From Octopus vulgaris (lineage: Eukaryota): a stretch of DNA of 64,000 nt. The stretch spans positions 13,516,001-13,580,000 of the forward strand of contig OX597815.1 of NCBI GenBank assembly GCA_951406725.2, in the 5' to 3' direction. Under the pieces are notes generated by a model that was given only the letters and a program-made list of their open reading frames with translations, had not been told where the DNA came from and ran no database searches. Both the position numbers and the translations under genes were made by a program. Positions 1-13,663 of this stretch are shown here, one piece after another. The stretch's first letter is position 1. Each line of letters starts with the position of its first letter.

Positions 1-345
1 AAATTTATCAAAAAGTGGTTTACAGTTAGATTTCTTGGCCTTTTTAGATATAAAAAATTGTGGGGTTTTCCACACAAGGGATAAGAAAGTCGATAAAAGT
101 TTGAGAAGGAGTGGGAGGTATAGGGGCGTGCTTTCGTATTGGTATGTTCAGACTTGTTTGTCCAATACTAAGTGAAATTTTGAGGATGATGAAGGAAAAC
201 ATATTTTGTTATTTGAATTGCTGAAGGGTTGTAATTGAAAAACAAGATGTTGTTTTCTACTTTCTACAGTAAAAATTATAATTGTGATGAATGATTTCTA
301 GGGCACTTATGTGACACTTAGCTACTTTGTAATTATTCCCCTGGA
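1..345 (-). mobile_element. Decayed Penelope-like element, GIY-YIG endonuclease remnant
   Basis: Minus strand near 130-170 reads SIGQTSLNIPIRKH, resembling the YIGQT..R..H motif of PLE GIY-YIG; frame broken by stops and shifts. Confidence 0.4.
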
Positions 346-352
346 TTTTTCC

Positions 353-354
353 CA

Positions 355-436
<82 letters not shown>
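353..436. repeat. (TA)n microsatellite
   Basis: Direct reading. Confidence 0.97.
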
Positions 437-440
<4 letters not shown>

Positions 441-528
441 ATCCAAACAAGAAAACACAGAAAAAAAGAGAAAAAAAGGGAAAAAAGCACGGCAACGCAG
501 TACGTGGAACAATTAAAGTATTATTGAC
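437..528 (-). mobile_element. Truncated copy of the HHR-bearing repeat at 24591-24790 (ribozyme part missing)
   Basis: gttaatccaaacaagaaaacac...acgtggaacaattaaagtattattg is the reverse complement of 24720-24790. Confidence 0.75.
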
Positions 529-1374
529 CTGCATATATGCATACATGTATATTTGCACATATATATACATACATATATACATATATATGTATGCATGTAT
601 ATACATATGCATATATTTACCACCTAGTCTTGCTTTTGACACATACACTCAAACACACAGTCACATATACATAAATATGTAGACACACTTTTCCATAAAC
701 TCTTCCCATACAATTTTATTGACCAACCATCTGGCCTATTTGATATGCGCGCATAGACACATACTCTGTGACACAGGACCATACAGCTACCCTTCACATA
801 CGAGGCACAACTGACACATGCATTTTGAGTGGCCATAACGCATATGTTCTTCACGAATTAACCTTCAACCCCCGTCATTTCTACACGTATATACACATAG
901 CGACGTTAAATCTTCTCATATTCTCATATACACACGTACAGAGAGAAGCCCTCTCAGAAGCACCATCACACATACATGCTGTTATACTTCGGCAATCGTT
1001 TGCTTTGTTTGCCATCTTTGACACACCCATTTCTCCTTCCTACTTCTTCCAGTCATTTGTGCTTGACCCGTTCTAACTCATTAGGCTATCACAGCACACA
1101 CTCATGCTACTTATACTTTCCTGGTCTTTGAGTCCCATCTTTGAAAAGTAAACATATTTGCTCGTACCATGTATGCAAAGGGTTACTTTTACACATCCAT
1201 CGTTTTACACATCATGCACCTACGTGACTTCGTTGTCCTTTTTCACCATGCATCGGAGACACAACCATCTTCATATCTCTGCAAATTTCTCTAATATTTT
1301 ATCAGTTTCGTATTATCGGATTTATCATCTCTAAATTAAACTGCCTCATACTATTTTCACTTTCGAATTTTAGC

Positions 1375-1540
1375 CAGTGCCGTCTTAAAGCATATGCACA
1401 CTGGGCAGTTTCCTGGAGTCCTCATGCGTTTAGGGGCTTCAGTTTTTATCTACGTATACTGAGGTTTGCTATCGATAAATACTATAGGGCGTAGTACAGT
1501 AGGTTTCTCAAGGACTTACAATACCGTTGTGATAGCCCAA
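1375..1540. mobile_element. Possible decayed hAT-type MITE
   Basis: Starts cagtgccgtcttaa, a hAT-MITE-like terminus; right TIR is eroded. Confidence 0.3.
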
Positions 1541-1810
1541 AGCTTAGCATAAATATTCACTCTATGTTTTAAAGATGCAAGCGCGTAAATTGCTTTCCCA
1601 TTAGAACTTGTTTCTTTTTTCTAATATTTATGCATACATAAATAATATCCTCCCCTGTGCTCTTGCCGTCATAAGTGCTTCGTCAGCACATGTGTATTAC
1701 TGTATTCCCGACACAGATACATTTTCTGTCATTCTCACATCCAGCGGCCCCAACTCCAGTTAATGCAACCACATTTCTACGCTTCCTCACAACTATACTT
1801 ACGTGTGTTA

Positions 1811-2107
1811 GGGCGCGTGGCTTAGTGGCTAAGCTATTCAGTACCCGATCCTAAGGACGTGCGTTCGATTCTCGGCAATGCATTGTATCTTAGAGCTAGA
1901 TGCTTTATTTCTCGCTGCTCCAGTCTACTCAGTGGTGAAACATCAGCTGTAGTTCAAGGGGAATACCTTGTTACATTTTTTCAATCTGAATTTTCTGAGA
2001 ACTACGTTAAGGGTATGCCTGTCTGTGGAGATCGCAAACTCTCACGCGCAAGTTGTTTAGTTGGCTTTATCAACTGAAACTCTCGTCATCGTAACCGTCA
2101 GAGAGCC
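1811..2107 (+). mobile_element. Old tRNA-derived SINE sharing its 3' domain with family B
   Basis: A box tggcttagtgg, B box gttcgattc; 3' part gagaactacgttaaggg...cgtaaccg matches 50028-50145. Confidence 0.75.
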
Positions 2108-4004
2108 AAGGCTCACAGGTATATCCATCGCACTGATGAAGGTGCATACGACAGTCGCTCTCATATCTGCTTCCAGACTCAGATACAAACTGATATACGC
2201 ATCTACAGAAGAACATCCTCTCACCGAACAACGGCAGTTACCTGGTCCCTAACAATATACATCCTATTCCTTCCTCTTAACTATTAAACACTCATTACCT
2301 CTCACTCTCACCTTTGCTATTTTTCTTTTTCTTTTGTTTTTTTTCTTTCGTGTGATGTCGTCGAAGCTTTAAGAAATATAGGAATTTAGGAATATAGTTT
2401 TAGGAAGCTTTAAAAATTTTTGTGAAATGCTATTTTTGTGAAACTGTATTTGCGTCTATTTCTTCTTAATCTTCGTCCACGTTTGGTAAAGAAAGTCAAC
2501 TTAATTTCTTTAAAGCTCTCATGAACGAAATATTTGAATAATGACTAGAAAATTGTTTTCTTCTGTCCTAGTTTACATCGACCAGACAATCGAATGTTAG
2601 AAAGTATTTACATAAAGATGAAGCTATAAAATTACTAAAGAAACATACACATTTTGTAAAGAAATATATCTTGATTCTTTGAGTCTTAATATATTTCCAT
2701 AATATTAGGCAATGACATTGTCACGTTTTAAAGGTGTCAAAAGTAGGTGTATGAATTTTTAAAGAACAAAATAGCCTTATATATCAAACACGGGCATTCC
2801 AAAAGTAGGTTCTCAATATACAACACGCATAATTTTTTGGCTTCTAACTTATATTTTTCTGCATTAAAATAATTTCAAAACCATCTCAAAGGAATCACAC
2901 AATAAATGTCTAAATATATTTTTTACGAAAAATGCTAATAAATAGACAGCACACCAAAATAGATATCCTCTTCGTAGTAACACTAAACAACACGACGAAG
3001 TAGACTCTCTCTTCCTAAACTGGTTATTATCATTTTACATAATTTATTCATAAAATATAAATGTATTCATAAGAAAAAAAATATATAATATATGTACAAG
3101 TTATTTGCATTGCTTCAGAATACCAAACTAGAATGCATTGGAGGTGCACGAGGTTTGATTTTGGCCTATAAAAACAATTCCATCGTCGCTTCTTTTTCTG
3201 TTTAATATTTCCTCTTTTCTATACTGCACGAACCATATTATGCTTTCAACTAGCGTTCTAGTTAGAATCATTTTTATATATTCTATTTAATATGTTTGGA
3301 ATGGAATAAAAGTGTTTAAACTGTCAAGATATAATATTTCACTGAAATCACTAAAATAGCAAGTTATCATAATGACCAGGTCTTCGAGAACATCTAGAAA
3401 CAAATAACTAAATAAACATCATACATAGAAAGTAAATACTGAAAGGAAAAACAAGAATTGCAAAATTTGATTGGTTATTAAACCCAACTGATGACAATAT
3501 CTCTATTTGTGTATGTATGGGTGTGTTTGTCTATAGATTCACGCACACTAATATATACATATGTACATATTGTGTGTGTGCTTGTGAGTATATGTGTGTA
3601 CTGCATTACAACACGTCGAATTTTGGATTATTTGACATATATTGTACACTCACTTAAAACGCATTAAGTTTAAACTCGTTCAGAAAATTCAGCAAAGTAG
3701 TTATATCAAAGACATTCCCTCGAGCACAAACTGTTCAATAGGAGTTGTAAGATGTCTATCACAAAAATAATACATGTTTTCTGTTCATATATAGACTATA
3801 TTTGCTTACAGCTTTATGAAGGAGAAAACCACATACATTATATGTGTCCAAACACTTTCTCTTTCTAATGAAACTCTACTGTCACTAGAAACTATTTGTA
3901 TTGGTACCATCTTCTCCTCAATTTATCAAATTAATTGTACATTCTCCACGCTTCATTTTCTCGGCAGACTAAATGAATGTCCAGTGATAGACTCAATAGC
4001 ATAC

Positions 4005-4050
<46 letters not shown>

Positions 4051-4054
4051 CATA

Positions 4055-4320
4055 CATCGCTGGTCACAATGCGCTTCGCATTGTTTTAGCCTTCAAATGA
4101 CGCCACCCCGCTGGCTAAGCGAGCAGGCAAACAGAAGAAAGAGTGGGAGAAAGTTGCGGCGAAAGAGTACAGCAAGGATCGCCACAACCCCCTGTCGGAG
4201 CCTCGTGGAGCTTCAGGGGATTTTGCTTAATAAACACTCGCAACGCCCGGTCTGGGAATCGAAACCGCAATCCTACGGCCGGGAGTCCGCTGCCCTAACC
4301 ACTGGGTCATTGCACCTCCA
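4055..4320 (-). mobile_element. tRNA-derived SINE with family B head and an alternative tail
   Basis: 4140-4320 matches the head of 21159-21543 and 49772-50157; 4055-4135 is an unrelated tail. Confidence 0.85.
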
Positions 4321-4347
4321 CACACACACACACACACACACACAGAG

Positions 4348-4400
<53 letters not shown>

Positions 4401-5317
4401 CTTAGGTGGCTAGACGCAATATAATACCAAGACAGCAAAAGTTAGTTGTCACTAATAGTGTCTGAGGATGCAGAGCCGTACCGACATTGCCAGAAACCAG
4501 AGACAAAGACATGTATAGTCACAAACAGCACATTGCCTTTGCACTGACAGAGGTGATAAACACCCCACAGTGAGCGAGGTAAGTATATAGATTGATTGAT
4601 AGAAAGATAGATAAAAATATCAAAGAATTTTAATTTACAAACATGGTTATAGCTGTTATATGCCTGCTATTTTCGAAGGAACCAACAAAGGAAAAATTAG
4701 ATTACTTACCTAACAAAATATCATTAAGAAGCGTTGCGAATAGAATTCCTTATTTGGTTATTAGAAAAAATAATAAATCCCTGAATATAGTGAGATATGT
4801 TATATAATCTTGGTGGATTACCGATAACAGATGTAATACATATAATTGAAGCATCGTCTTATCTGATATTAGAATGCGCATCTTGCCTTCATTGGTTTTA
4901 TTTGAAAATATAAGGAGTACAATGATTTATTCAGTTTCATTCTATTCTTCAAAAGATTCTTTTCTCTATTATCAACACTTTTGCCTTTTTTTTGTCTTGA
5001 TCATCTCCTGTTCATATGTATATAAAAATAATTTTTTTGTGAATTACAGGAACGTAACAAACATTGATTTCTGTCGTTGAAACCTGACAAAAGGAGGGTA
5101 GAAATATAATTATGGTATCGGGCAATGTATGCTGCTTATAAGCTTTTGAATCAGAAACAAATAAAAGTACTAAATGACTTTGAAACAGAACATCAACTGT
5201 CTGAATAAACTACTATACAAAATAGTTTCTCTTAATGTCCAGAGAGTTTCTCTTAATGTCCACGCGTAGAAAATTAACCAAAAATAAACAATTTAATAAT
5301 GATATTCTTGTTAGTAT

Positions 5318-5936
5318 TGTATTGGACGAGAACGAACAGGATTGGGATCACAGCTAAGGTGCTTCTTCGTGTGAAGCCAGTCCAGCGGGAGAGGATACCA
5401 GACCTGATCTCTCCACCGATTGAAACAGAGTTAATAGTGAGTTTGAAGCGCAGATGACCCAGATGCTATGTATGTGTAATGACGGAAGTTCTACGGGCGT
5501 TCTGCCCACGCAACAAAATCCCCGTGCCTCGAAATAAAGAAATGGAGAGAAGGGGTGAAATATACGAAACTTGCACACTTAAACTGCCGTAAGAGATATT
5601 GTTCGTGTGCATGATACTGTCTATATATAAAGAAGGATTTGCCTACGGCGTGAGAACTTCTTACACAAAAGACACCCTTACACGTTTAATGGCGTTCCCA
5701 TTATAGCAACGTCGATCAGAGAAGGAGGTCGGGCCACCCGGCCACTAGAAACAACGTGAGGTTAAGTACCCCTGTTTGAGGCTCCTTAGTTGTCATGCGG
5801 TGGATTTTGTGTTGAATAGTTGTTGCTAGCTGTTCATGCTTTAGTTTTATTAACGAAGTTTTTTTCTCCACTTGCCCCTTATTCTATATTGTCCCTTTTT
5901 GTTTTGTGTTTGATCCTTATGGACAATAGAGAAAAC
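5318..5936 (+). mobile_element. Probable Tx1/L1-like LINE 3' remnant
   Basis: Frameshifted LPVRD..H....IC.R....DT..H...P near 5585-5705 resembles the zf-RVT region; T-rich 3' UTR ends aatagagaaaacattattatt. Confidence 0.4.
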
Positions 5937-5959
5937 ATTATTATTATCATTAATATTAA

Positions 5960-8205
5960 ATGAAAACTCGCAGCTTATTTTGGCGTGTATGATGGAAACT
6001 GTCATCTGTCCACAGTCGGTGGACTAAGCTGACACCTCTTTACTGGTCATGCTTCAAGAACCCTGCAGAGAATTCTTGCAGCTCAATGAAAGCTGATTTT
6101 TGTGGGACTCTACATTCACACTCGCACCAATCTTTTTCAGCCATGTTGATAGTTGAGTGCCTATACTTCCAAGTCACTATTGTTATCACGTCAATCCTGT
6201 TCATTGACAACAACCTTCGTATTACCCAAATATTTCAGCCTTCACTAGCTTCCGACTGTAAGTTTTTACTTCATTAGCTTCCTTACCTCTCTGATCCATT
6301 CCTCATTTTCCTTTCCTTTTCTATAGTTAGTACTCTGTCAGATTTTATTACTTTTAAGTACTTATAACGGTCTCCTCCTTTCAATGATTTTAATGTCTGG
6401 TTATTTGCTAAATGGATGCCTTTGCTGATGACTTCCTGTCCTTTTCTCATGACAAATATTGCACACTTATCTATAACAAATTCCATGACTATATCTTTGC
6501 TGTAAAGGCTTACAGTCTGTGTTAAGGAATCTATTTCTTTTATTCTTATTAAAGTCATCCATATAGAGCAAATGTTTAATTTTTCCATTACTATTTCGGA
6601 AATGATGCTCTGTATTTGCCTTCCTTAATATTAAACTGAGGGTTTATATTAAAATGAATATAGACGCGGATAATGAGTCCCTCTTGAAAATTCTTCTTTC
6701 GATTTTAACTTTCTCTAACAGTGTGTCACCTGTGTAGAAATCTGCTTTCCATTACTTCATGCAGCATATAGGTACTCTTACGCTGTCTGCTACATTGAAT
6801 ATACTCAAACATTCACTTATCGATGAGTGTGGCATCATGTCATAAGCTTTCCTATAATCTGTTCATTCAAGTTTTTACTATATTCAAAATTGCTTTGTCT
6901 ATGTATAAAAGATCATGCGTCCCTCTTGTCTTCTTCCTGTAACCTTTCTGTTCTTCTGGCAGGAAATTCCGGTTGCCAAAATGCTCGTAAACACATTCTC
7001 AAAGCATTCCCGTTAACAGCGTCCACACTAATGGTAAGCAAGTGAGTGGTTTATCATTGCTAGCTGTATTACACTTGCACTTATCTTTCATAATGAGTAT
7101 TATCTTCCCTCTAGTCTCGAATCTGGTATTATTCCTCCAATCAGGCAGCCCTGAAATTGTTCCCTCATCCTTCCATGTTAACTACTAAATTTCGTTAGCC
7201 AGTACCCTTGAACAATATGTGTTTCTGGGCCTTTCCAATTCGGTATTTTCCCTAACACTTTACTCATTAATATACAGTCTTAAATCTGGCTGCTTCTTAC
7301 TCACTACTTTTTCCCTCACTTTAATTCACCATTCTACATCTCTACTATGATTGACTTGCACATCCCAGAACTATCTAACCTCTTCTGCGTAAGGTTTCCC
7401 ATCTTCAGTACTTCGTTCTTCATCATTTATATGATTATAAATCTCCCCTAGTCTGTCGCAAATAATTTATTTTCTTGGTACTGATTTATTCTTTTCTGAT
7501 ATTTCGAAAGCTTCCCCGCAATTGTTATTACATGCTGTTTCAGACCTTTCATTGCTGTCTTGTCTATTTGACTACGTATCTAGTCTCCAGGGAGGTTTTG
7601 CGTCTTGTGTTTCCCAACTAGTTCAATTTCCAGGCTTCTATTTTACTCGCATCATGACTTAAAATCTTCACTTTATTTTGTAGTCTTCATTTCCGCACTT
7701 GTTTTCATTTAATCCTTAGCTGTGAGATATCTAATATTCAGGTGACTACTGCCCCTCCTGTATTCATCAGTAAATTAGTATCTCCTATATTTTTAGCATC
7801 TATTCTACTGATAACAGAATCTACTTTCCTAGTGATATCTAGCAGCTTCTTTCTGTTGGTACATTTTAATGCTGGCAATCTTTTTCTTACTTCTTTAATT
7901 ATTACTTACTGCAACTTATCTAAAATCTTCTGATCTTCCTCACTTATATCACTTAAGTGGCTGGTGAAATTTGTTTCACCTTATTGGTAGCGCTATTATT
8001 ATTATTATTTCCTTCAGGATCTTCTTTGGTTTGAGATGTATCTCTTATGTTGTTCACATCTTACCAACTACCTAGTCTTTCTTTTCAAGTTCTCCTGTGA
8101 GCTTTTCTACCTCCAATACTGTCATCCACTTTCATCTCCTAATAGCAATAACTTCAACTAATTTCTGCTCAGTCACTTTAAACATACACTTCTCTAACCA
8201 AAGTG
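5960..8205 (-). mobile_element. Decayed R4/Dong-clade non-LTR retrotransposon, copy 1, internally deleted
   Basis: N-terminal LWLEKCMFKVTEQKL (8130-8195); RT RRIFKRDSLS (~6665-6700) and EIDSLTQTVSLYSKDIVMEFVIDKCA...YKYL (ORF 6283-6588); C-terminal QKSA...RVLEA near 6050-6120; (TAA)-rich tail at 5937-5958. CCHC/RLE region deleted near 6280. Confidence 0.85.
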
Positions 8206-8249
8206 TTTAGTATTGATATTATAATTAATTATTATAATTATTATTTTTA

Positions 8250-8782
8250 TTGAGTGAGAGAGCAGTGCATGTCATGAAAATGACACTGGGGTCAAATATA
8301 CGAAACTCATTATACCCGTCATGATTACCCCTCTGATAAGAGTACATCAAGCATACGCATCTCAACCATATGAGCGCGAGATCGTGATCTCATATCAAGA
8401 TAAGCAGCGCTTGAACTCGCTGGAGGCGTCGAGTACCCCATCCCCCTCAAACCATCCCTCAATAAGAGTTGCTTAAGGACGTTGAACGAAACATCCATAT
8501 TCCAAAGGAGAATTATATATATCCCAAAGAATTCCTCTCAACACATAGCTTTGATGCTTCTCCACTAATTCTGCTCGTGATCAGTGATGAACATATCGTC
8601 AGCCAAAAAGGGACATGCATAACTGGTTAACGTCAAAGAACTGACAAGCAAGTCTGTAGTACTGGGCAGAATATTTGCTGTAGCCCATCTTTTGTACCGG
8701 GACAAAACAATGCACATGATAAAACTTCCAATCTGTTAAGATAAGTTGTGAGAGCCACTGTGTGGTATTTCATCAAGGCATA
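8250..8782. mobile_element. Unclassified ~530-bp non-coding interspersed repeat embedded in (TTA)n
   Basis: Complex sequence bounded by TTA runs on both sides; resembles an abundant octopus repeat (from memory); no ORF, TIR or tRNA boxes seen. Confidence 0.55.
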
Positions 8783-8811
8783 TAGTATTATTATTATCAT
8801 TATTATTATTA

Positions 8812-8985
8812 TTCAGTAGTTTTATTTTTTATAGCGTGCTTTCACTTCACTACCGAGCGCAGCTCTGTGTGCCTTGGGTATGTGCTGTGATTTGTTGTGG
8901 TTTTATTTTTTATAGCGTGCTTTCACTTTAATACCGAGCGCAGCTCTGTGTGCCTTGGGTATGTGCTGTGATTTGTTGTGATTTG

Positions 8986-9029
<44 letters not shown>

Positions 9030-9135
9030 ATTATTATTATTATTCAGTAGTTTTATTTTTTATAGCGTGCTTTCACTTTAATACCGAGCGCAGCTCTGTG
9101 TGCCTTGGGTATGTGCTGTGATTTGTTGTGATTTG

Positions 9136-9137
<2 letters not shown>
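8812..9137. repeat. Three copies of an ~85-bp unit interleaved with (TTA)n
   Basis: ttttatagcgtgctttcactt...gtatgtgctgtgatttgttgtg at ~8812-8900, 8901-8985 and 9043-9137. Confidence 0.9.
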
Positions 9138-9212
<75 letters not shown>

Positions 9213-9231
9213 CTTGTTATTATTATTATTA

Positions 9232-10302
9232 CTGCCTTTGCACAGCTTGTAACACTAGCGATGTACTACGGTGTCAGCTGTTCATTATCAATGAGCTAAG
9301 GTGATACCTCTTATTTTTCGAGCATTCTTTCGGAGTATTCGAGCGGTTCCAAGCAGTGCTGTTTTCTGCAAGTGCTCCAACCTTATTGCTGCCCCTATTT
9401 GTTCGCAAAGGTTTTACTCAATGTTCTGACTACTACCTTTTTCATCGACCACAACTGTTTTACCTCTCAAGCTAACCTGTCATATCTATCGACTTTTCTT
9501 TCTTCCTTAACGCATACCTTCTTGTCAGTTGGGCGTGTTATATCGATGATCCAGCATAGTTTGGTTTGTTTCTCAATTAAGATTATATGTGCCTTCCTAT
9601 TCTCTATCTCATGGTAGCACGGAATCATAAAATCGAATAGGACCTTTGCATTTCTAGTTTCGATGATGCCTTCAGGTTTGTGGTCGTACCAATTTTTTGC
9701 TCTGTCAAGTTCATACTAGTTGCAAATTTTTCAAGGGACAAGCCTGGCTATATTGTTGAGGTGTCTCTTATATTCCTTCTGGGATAGTGTCGTACTCTGG
9801 CGGGTAATATGCCATACGTTTTCACCATTTTGTCCACAGATTCTGGACTCATCACTTTCTGATGTGTTGTCTACTATGAATTTCATGTAGTTTGTTCTTA
9901 GAGCTTCCTCTCGGACAGCACAGATTAGAGCTTCCGTTTCCGGTTTTATATCACTTTTAGTCATCCACAGCCATGTCTCTTCCCTGTCTTTCTTATCTTC
10001 AACATCCCTATGAAATTGTCCATGCATCTTTTCTGTGTCACTTTTTGGGGGAAGTTAGCAACTTCTTTGTTTTTCTGTCTAAGATGATGTTCAGTTCGTC
10101 TACTGTCCATTCGATGCCCCCTGCTCCATATCTGAGGAGAGAAAACGCCCAGTTGTTGATAGATATCTTTATTCTTATTCCGTCCGTATAACTTCGACTT
10201 AAGGTTCAGTCTCAGACTGCGTAAGTACTCCACCTTTAATTTTTCTGTCATTTGTTTCTCCATCAATGTATCCATTTCCAAAATCACCAAGTACTTATAG
10301 GG

Positions 10303-10334
<32 letters not shown>

Positions 10335-12445
10335 CTTCTTCTTCTTCTTCTTCTTCTTCTTCTTCTTCTTCTTCTTCTCCTCCACCTCCTCATTCGTCTC
10401 CTCCTCCTCCTCCTTTTTCTTCTTCTTCTTCTTCTTCTTCTCGTCATCCTCCTTCCCCTGATGGCATCGATAACACACCCATACATTTCATTTTGCCCCT
10501 CTTCAAGACTAACACACTACACTTTCTCAGTCCGAACTCCATTCTGATATCAGAACTGAAGGTATACACCGTATCAACGAGGGAACTGACTTGGGTTTCA
10601 TCTCCAACATAAAGTTGAAGATCATCCATGAAAAACAAATGGATTACTTTTTTTGGCGGTCTTAGAATACATACCCATATTTTACTTTCCTCAGACTCAG
10701 TGTTAGTGGTATCAAGCACTGTACAAAGATCAGTGGAGACAGTCCGTCCCCTTGGAAGGTGCCCCTCCTGATTTCTAGTGTCCCTAAACTTCTTCCGTAT
10801 GTTGTTATGCCCGTGCACCAATTCTTTATGCTTTTTCCAAGTAATCACTCAACATTCGATGCAATGCCAAATAGGTTCATACACTCCATAATCCAACAAT
10901 ATGGGATCATATCGTATGTCTTACGATAATCGATCCATGACATGGCTAAGTTACTTTTCCTCCTCTTGCAGTCTCTAGGTGCAGTTTTGTCTATCAGGAG
11001 TTGATCCTTGGTACCTCTGCACTTATTCATGCAACCCTTCTGCCCATGTGACAGGACCACATTTTTTTCCAGATGTTCACTCTGCGAGTATTTCAGTCAT
11101 GAATTTCCGCATAAGTGGCAAACAGGATATCATCCTATAATTGTCTACGGTATTACTTTTTCGATGGTTTTGAAGCATAGCACTGTCCTACCCAATATCA
11201 ACCACTCTGGTGTTACTTGGTCAGCATTTAACAAGGTACTGATTTGCTCAGCTATGCGTGCATGACATTCACCAAATCTTTTGAACTAATAGCCTGAATT
11301 CCATCTGGTTCCGCGGCCTTCCATTTGCTCATTCTTTTGCTGATTTCCTTCACCTCCCTAACTTAAATGACTATTTGTGCCTGTTTTGGACAGACTATTA
11401 TTTATTCCAGTTCTTGCAACCATTGAGCATCCTGCTTGTGCTCCTTGGCTTTGTTCCAGATGCCACTCCAAAACCTTTGACTTTCAACGTTATCTGGTAT
11501 CCATTTTCATTTGTACACTATCCATTTATTTCTTTATTAAATCTCTTCTGATGTACTCTGAATTATCTATTCTGGTTGTAACCCTTCATTCTTTGGTCGT
11601 ATCTTACAATCTTTGCTTTCTTGGCAACGAGATGTTGGTTTAGTTCCTCCATTACCACTTTCAGGGCCTTTCTTTCAATATCGTACTTCCTTTTCAGCGT
11701 CCTGTATTTTTGCTCGCTTTTAAGCTCCACTTCCTCTTTCGGTATAACACCGAAATTTCCTTCGAGAGCATAACTCTGTTCTTCTTTTCCACCATTGGTC
11801 TTTTCTTTTATCACTCCGATTGTATTTCTTTTTCTTGACATCAACACCCACATTTTATTTGTTTCTGTGATGTTGTTTGTTCTTATGTATTTCAGAATTT
11901 CATTGACATTTTTCGTTTCTTGGATCAACCTTTTTAAGGTGGCAAATGATGTCGCTATTGTTCACCTGTAGCCTTGTCTTTATCCTGTTGTAGATTGCCT
12001 TTTGTTCATCTGTCATATCGCCATTAGTTTTATTGTCTTCTTTTAGATCATCTATATGTCTCTCATCAAGTAAGCTACCACTGCTCCTTTCCTGTGCTAT
12101 GAGATTACTCTTATTAGTAAGAACTGTATTTTCATCGTTATCTCTACTGCTATTTTCCCGTCTTTTGACGACTTCGAGCTCTGCTTCTGTGAACCAATGA
12201 TTTTTTCTTATTGCTCTGGTTTGAACACATAATCTATGTTCTGTGAGTTGAAATAATCCCTTTTGCATATGACTATACATACGATATTCGTAACCCATAA
12301 TTTGAACATCATTTTCATCTACCAGATGGCTCAGGTTGTAACACTCCATGACAACAGCATTAATTTGCATGATCCATTTACGCTGTATGTGGTGGTCCCT
12401 GTCTGGATATCGATAGGCTGGAGCCGGACCAGAATCTATAAAGCT
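9232..12445 (-). mobile_element. Near full-length decayed R4/Dong-clade LINE, copy 2 (RT + CCHC + restriction-like endonuclease)
   Basis: N-terminal RKW...VMECY...TEHRLCVQTRAIRKNHW..ELE; RT QKGC...[37 protein letters not shown]; MHGQF...KPETEALICA...ALRTNY; C-terminus LQKTALLGTARILRRMLEK*; (TAA)/(CAA) tail at 9138-9231. Confidence 0.93.
10305..10455. repeat. (CTT)n/(CCT)n microsatellite interrupting the LINE RT-thumb region
   Basis: Direct reading; lies just before the YKYL motif (minus strand ~10290-10303). Confidence 0.95.
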
Positions 12446-12448
12446 GCC

Positions 12449-12813
12449 TGTGGCGGCCATACTGGGGCACAATTTCTCGCCGAACAAATTGATGCCAGGA
12501 ATTATTCTTTATAATTCTAGTACTTATTCTATCCGTCTCTTTCGCCGAAACGCTAAGTTACGGTAACGCAAATATCTCAACGTCGATGATAGGGCGAAAA
12601 ACACAGTCACACACACATACACACATACACCCCCACCCACACGCATATATATATATATACGACGGGCTTCTCTCAGTTTCCTTTTCCAAAATTCTCTCAC
12701 AAAACTTTGTTCTACTCGAGGCAATCCTAGAAGACACTGATACCATGAAGTGAGACTGAACCTGGAACCATGTGGTTGAGAAGCAAGCTTCTTACCACAC
12801 AGCACAGCCACGC
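12449..12813 (-). mobile_element. tRNA-derived SINE family A, diverged copy
   Basis: Reverse-complement similarity to 33046-33483; also supplies the spurious N-terminus of ORF 11900-12487. Confidence 0.85.
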
Positions 12814-12846
12814 TATATATATATATAGATGTATGCGTGTGAGTGC

Positions 12847-12938
<92 letters not shown>

Positions 12939-13203
12939 AAATTAGAGATAAAACCACTATTATGCAAATCAAACAGTGAAAAACATAAGCCAATACATAA
13001 AATTAATTTAAAAATATAAAAGTTAAAAATAAAAACTTATTTATATATATCTATATATATGTCTATGTGTGCGAGTGTATTTATCTATGCATCCATTTTT
13101 GCATATATACACATACACATACATACATACACATACATACATACATATATATATATATATTTATATATATATATATATTTACATATAAAAATATATATAT
13201 ATA

Positions 13204-13358
13204 TGGCTGTATGGTAAGTAGCTTGCTAACCAACCACATGGTTCCGGGTTCAGTCGCACTGCGTGGCATCTTGGGCAAGTATCTTCTGCTATAGCCCCGG
13301 GCCGACCAATGCCTTGTGAGGGGATTTGGTAGACGGAAACTGAATGAAACCTGTCGTA

Positions 13359-13455
<97 letters not shown>

Positions 13456-13663
13456 TGTGTCTATGTTTGTTCCCCTAGCATTGCTTGCAAAAACCGATGC
13501 TGGTGTGCTTACGTCCCCGTCACTTAGCGGTTCGGCAAAAGAGACCGATAGAATAAGTACTGTACTTACAAAGAATAAGTCCCTGGGTCTATTTGCTCGA
13601 CTAAAGGCGGTGCTCCAGCATGGCCGCAGTCAAATGACTGAAATAAGTAAAAAAGTAAAAGAA
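13204..13663 (+). mobile_element. tRNA-derived SINE family A with internal (TA)n(TG)n
   Basis: A-box-like tggctgtatggtaag, B-box-like ggttcagtcgc, tail ...gactgaaataagtaaaa. Confidence 0.93.

Noticed and set aside
4455-4515. CTGAGGA...GAAAC hammerhead-like motif
   Set aside because: Stem II is imperfect, the triplet is GAC (no U) and stem I has no proper register.
8812-9137. CRISPR-like repeat/spacer look (also 63085-63671)
   Set aside because: Units are too long, the spacers are microsatellite or homologous, the context is eukaryotic and no cas genes are present.
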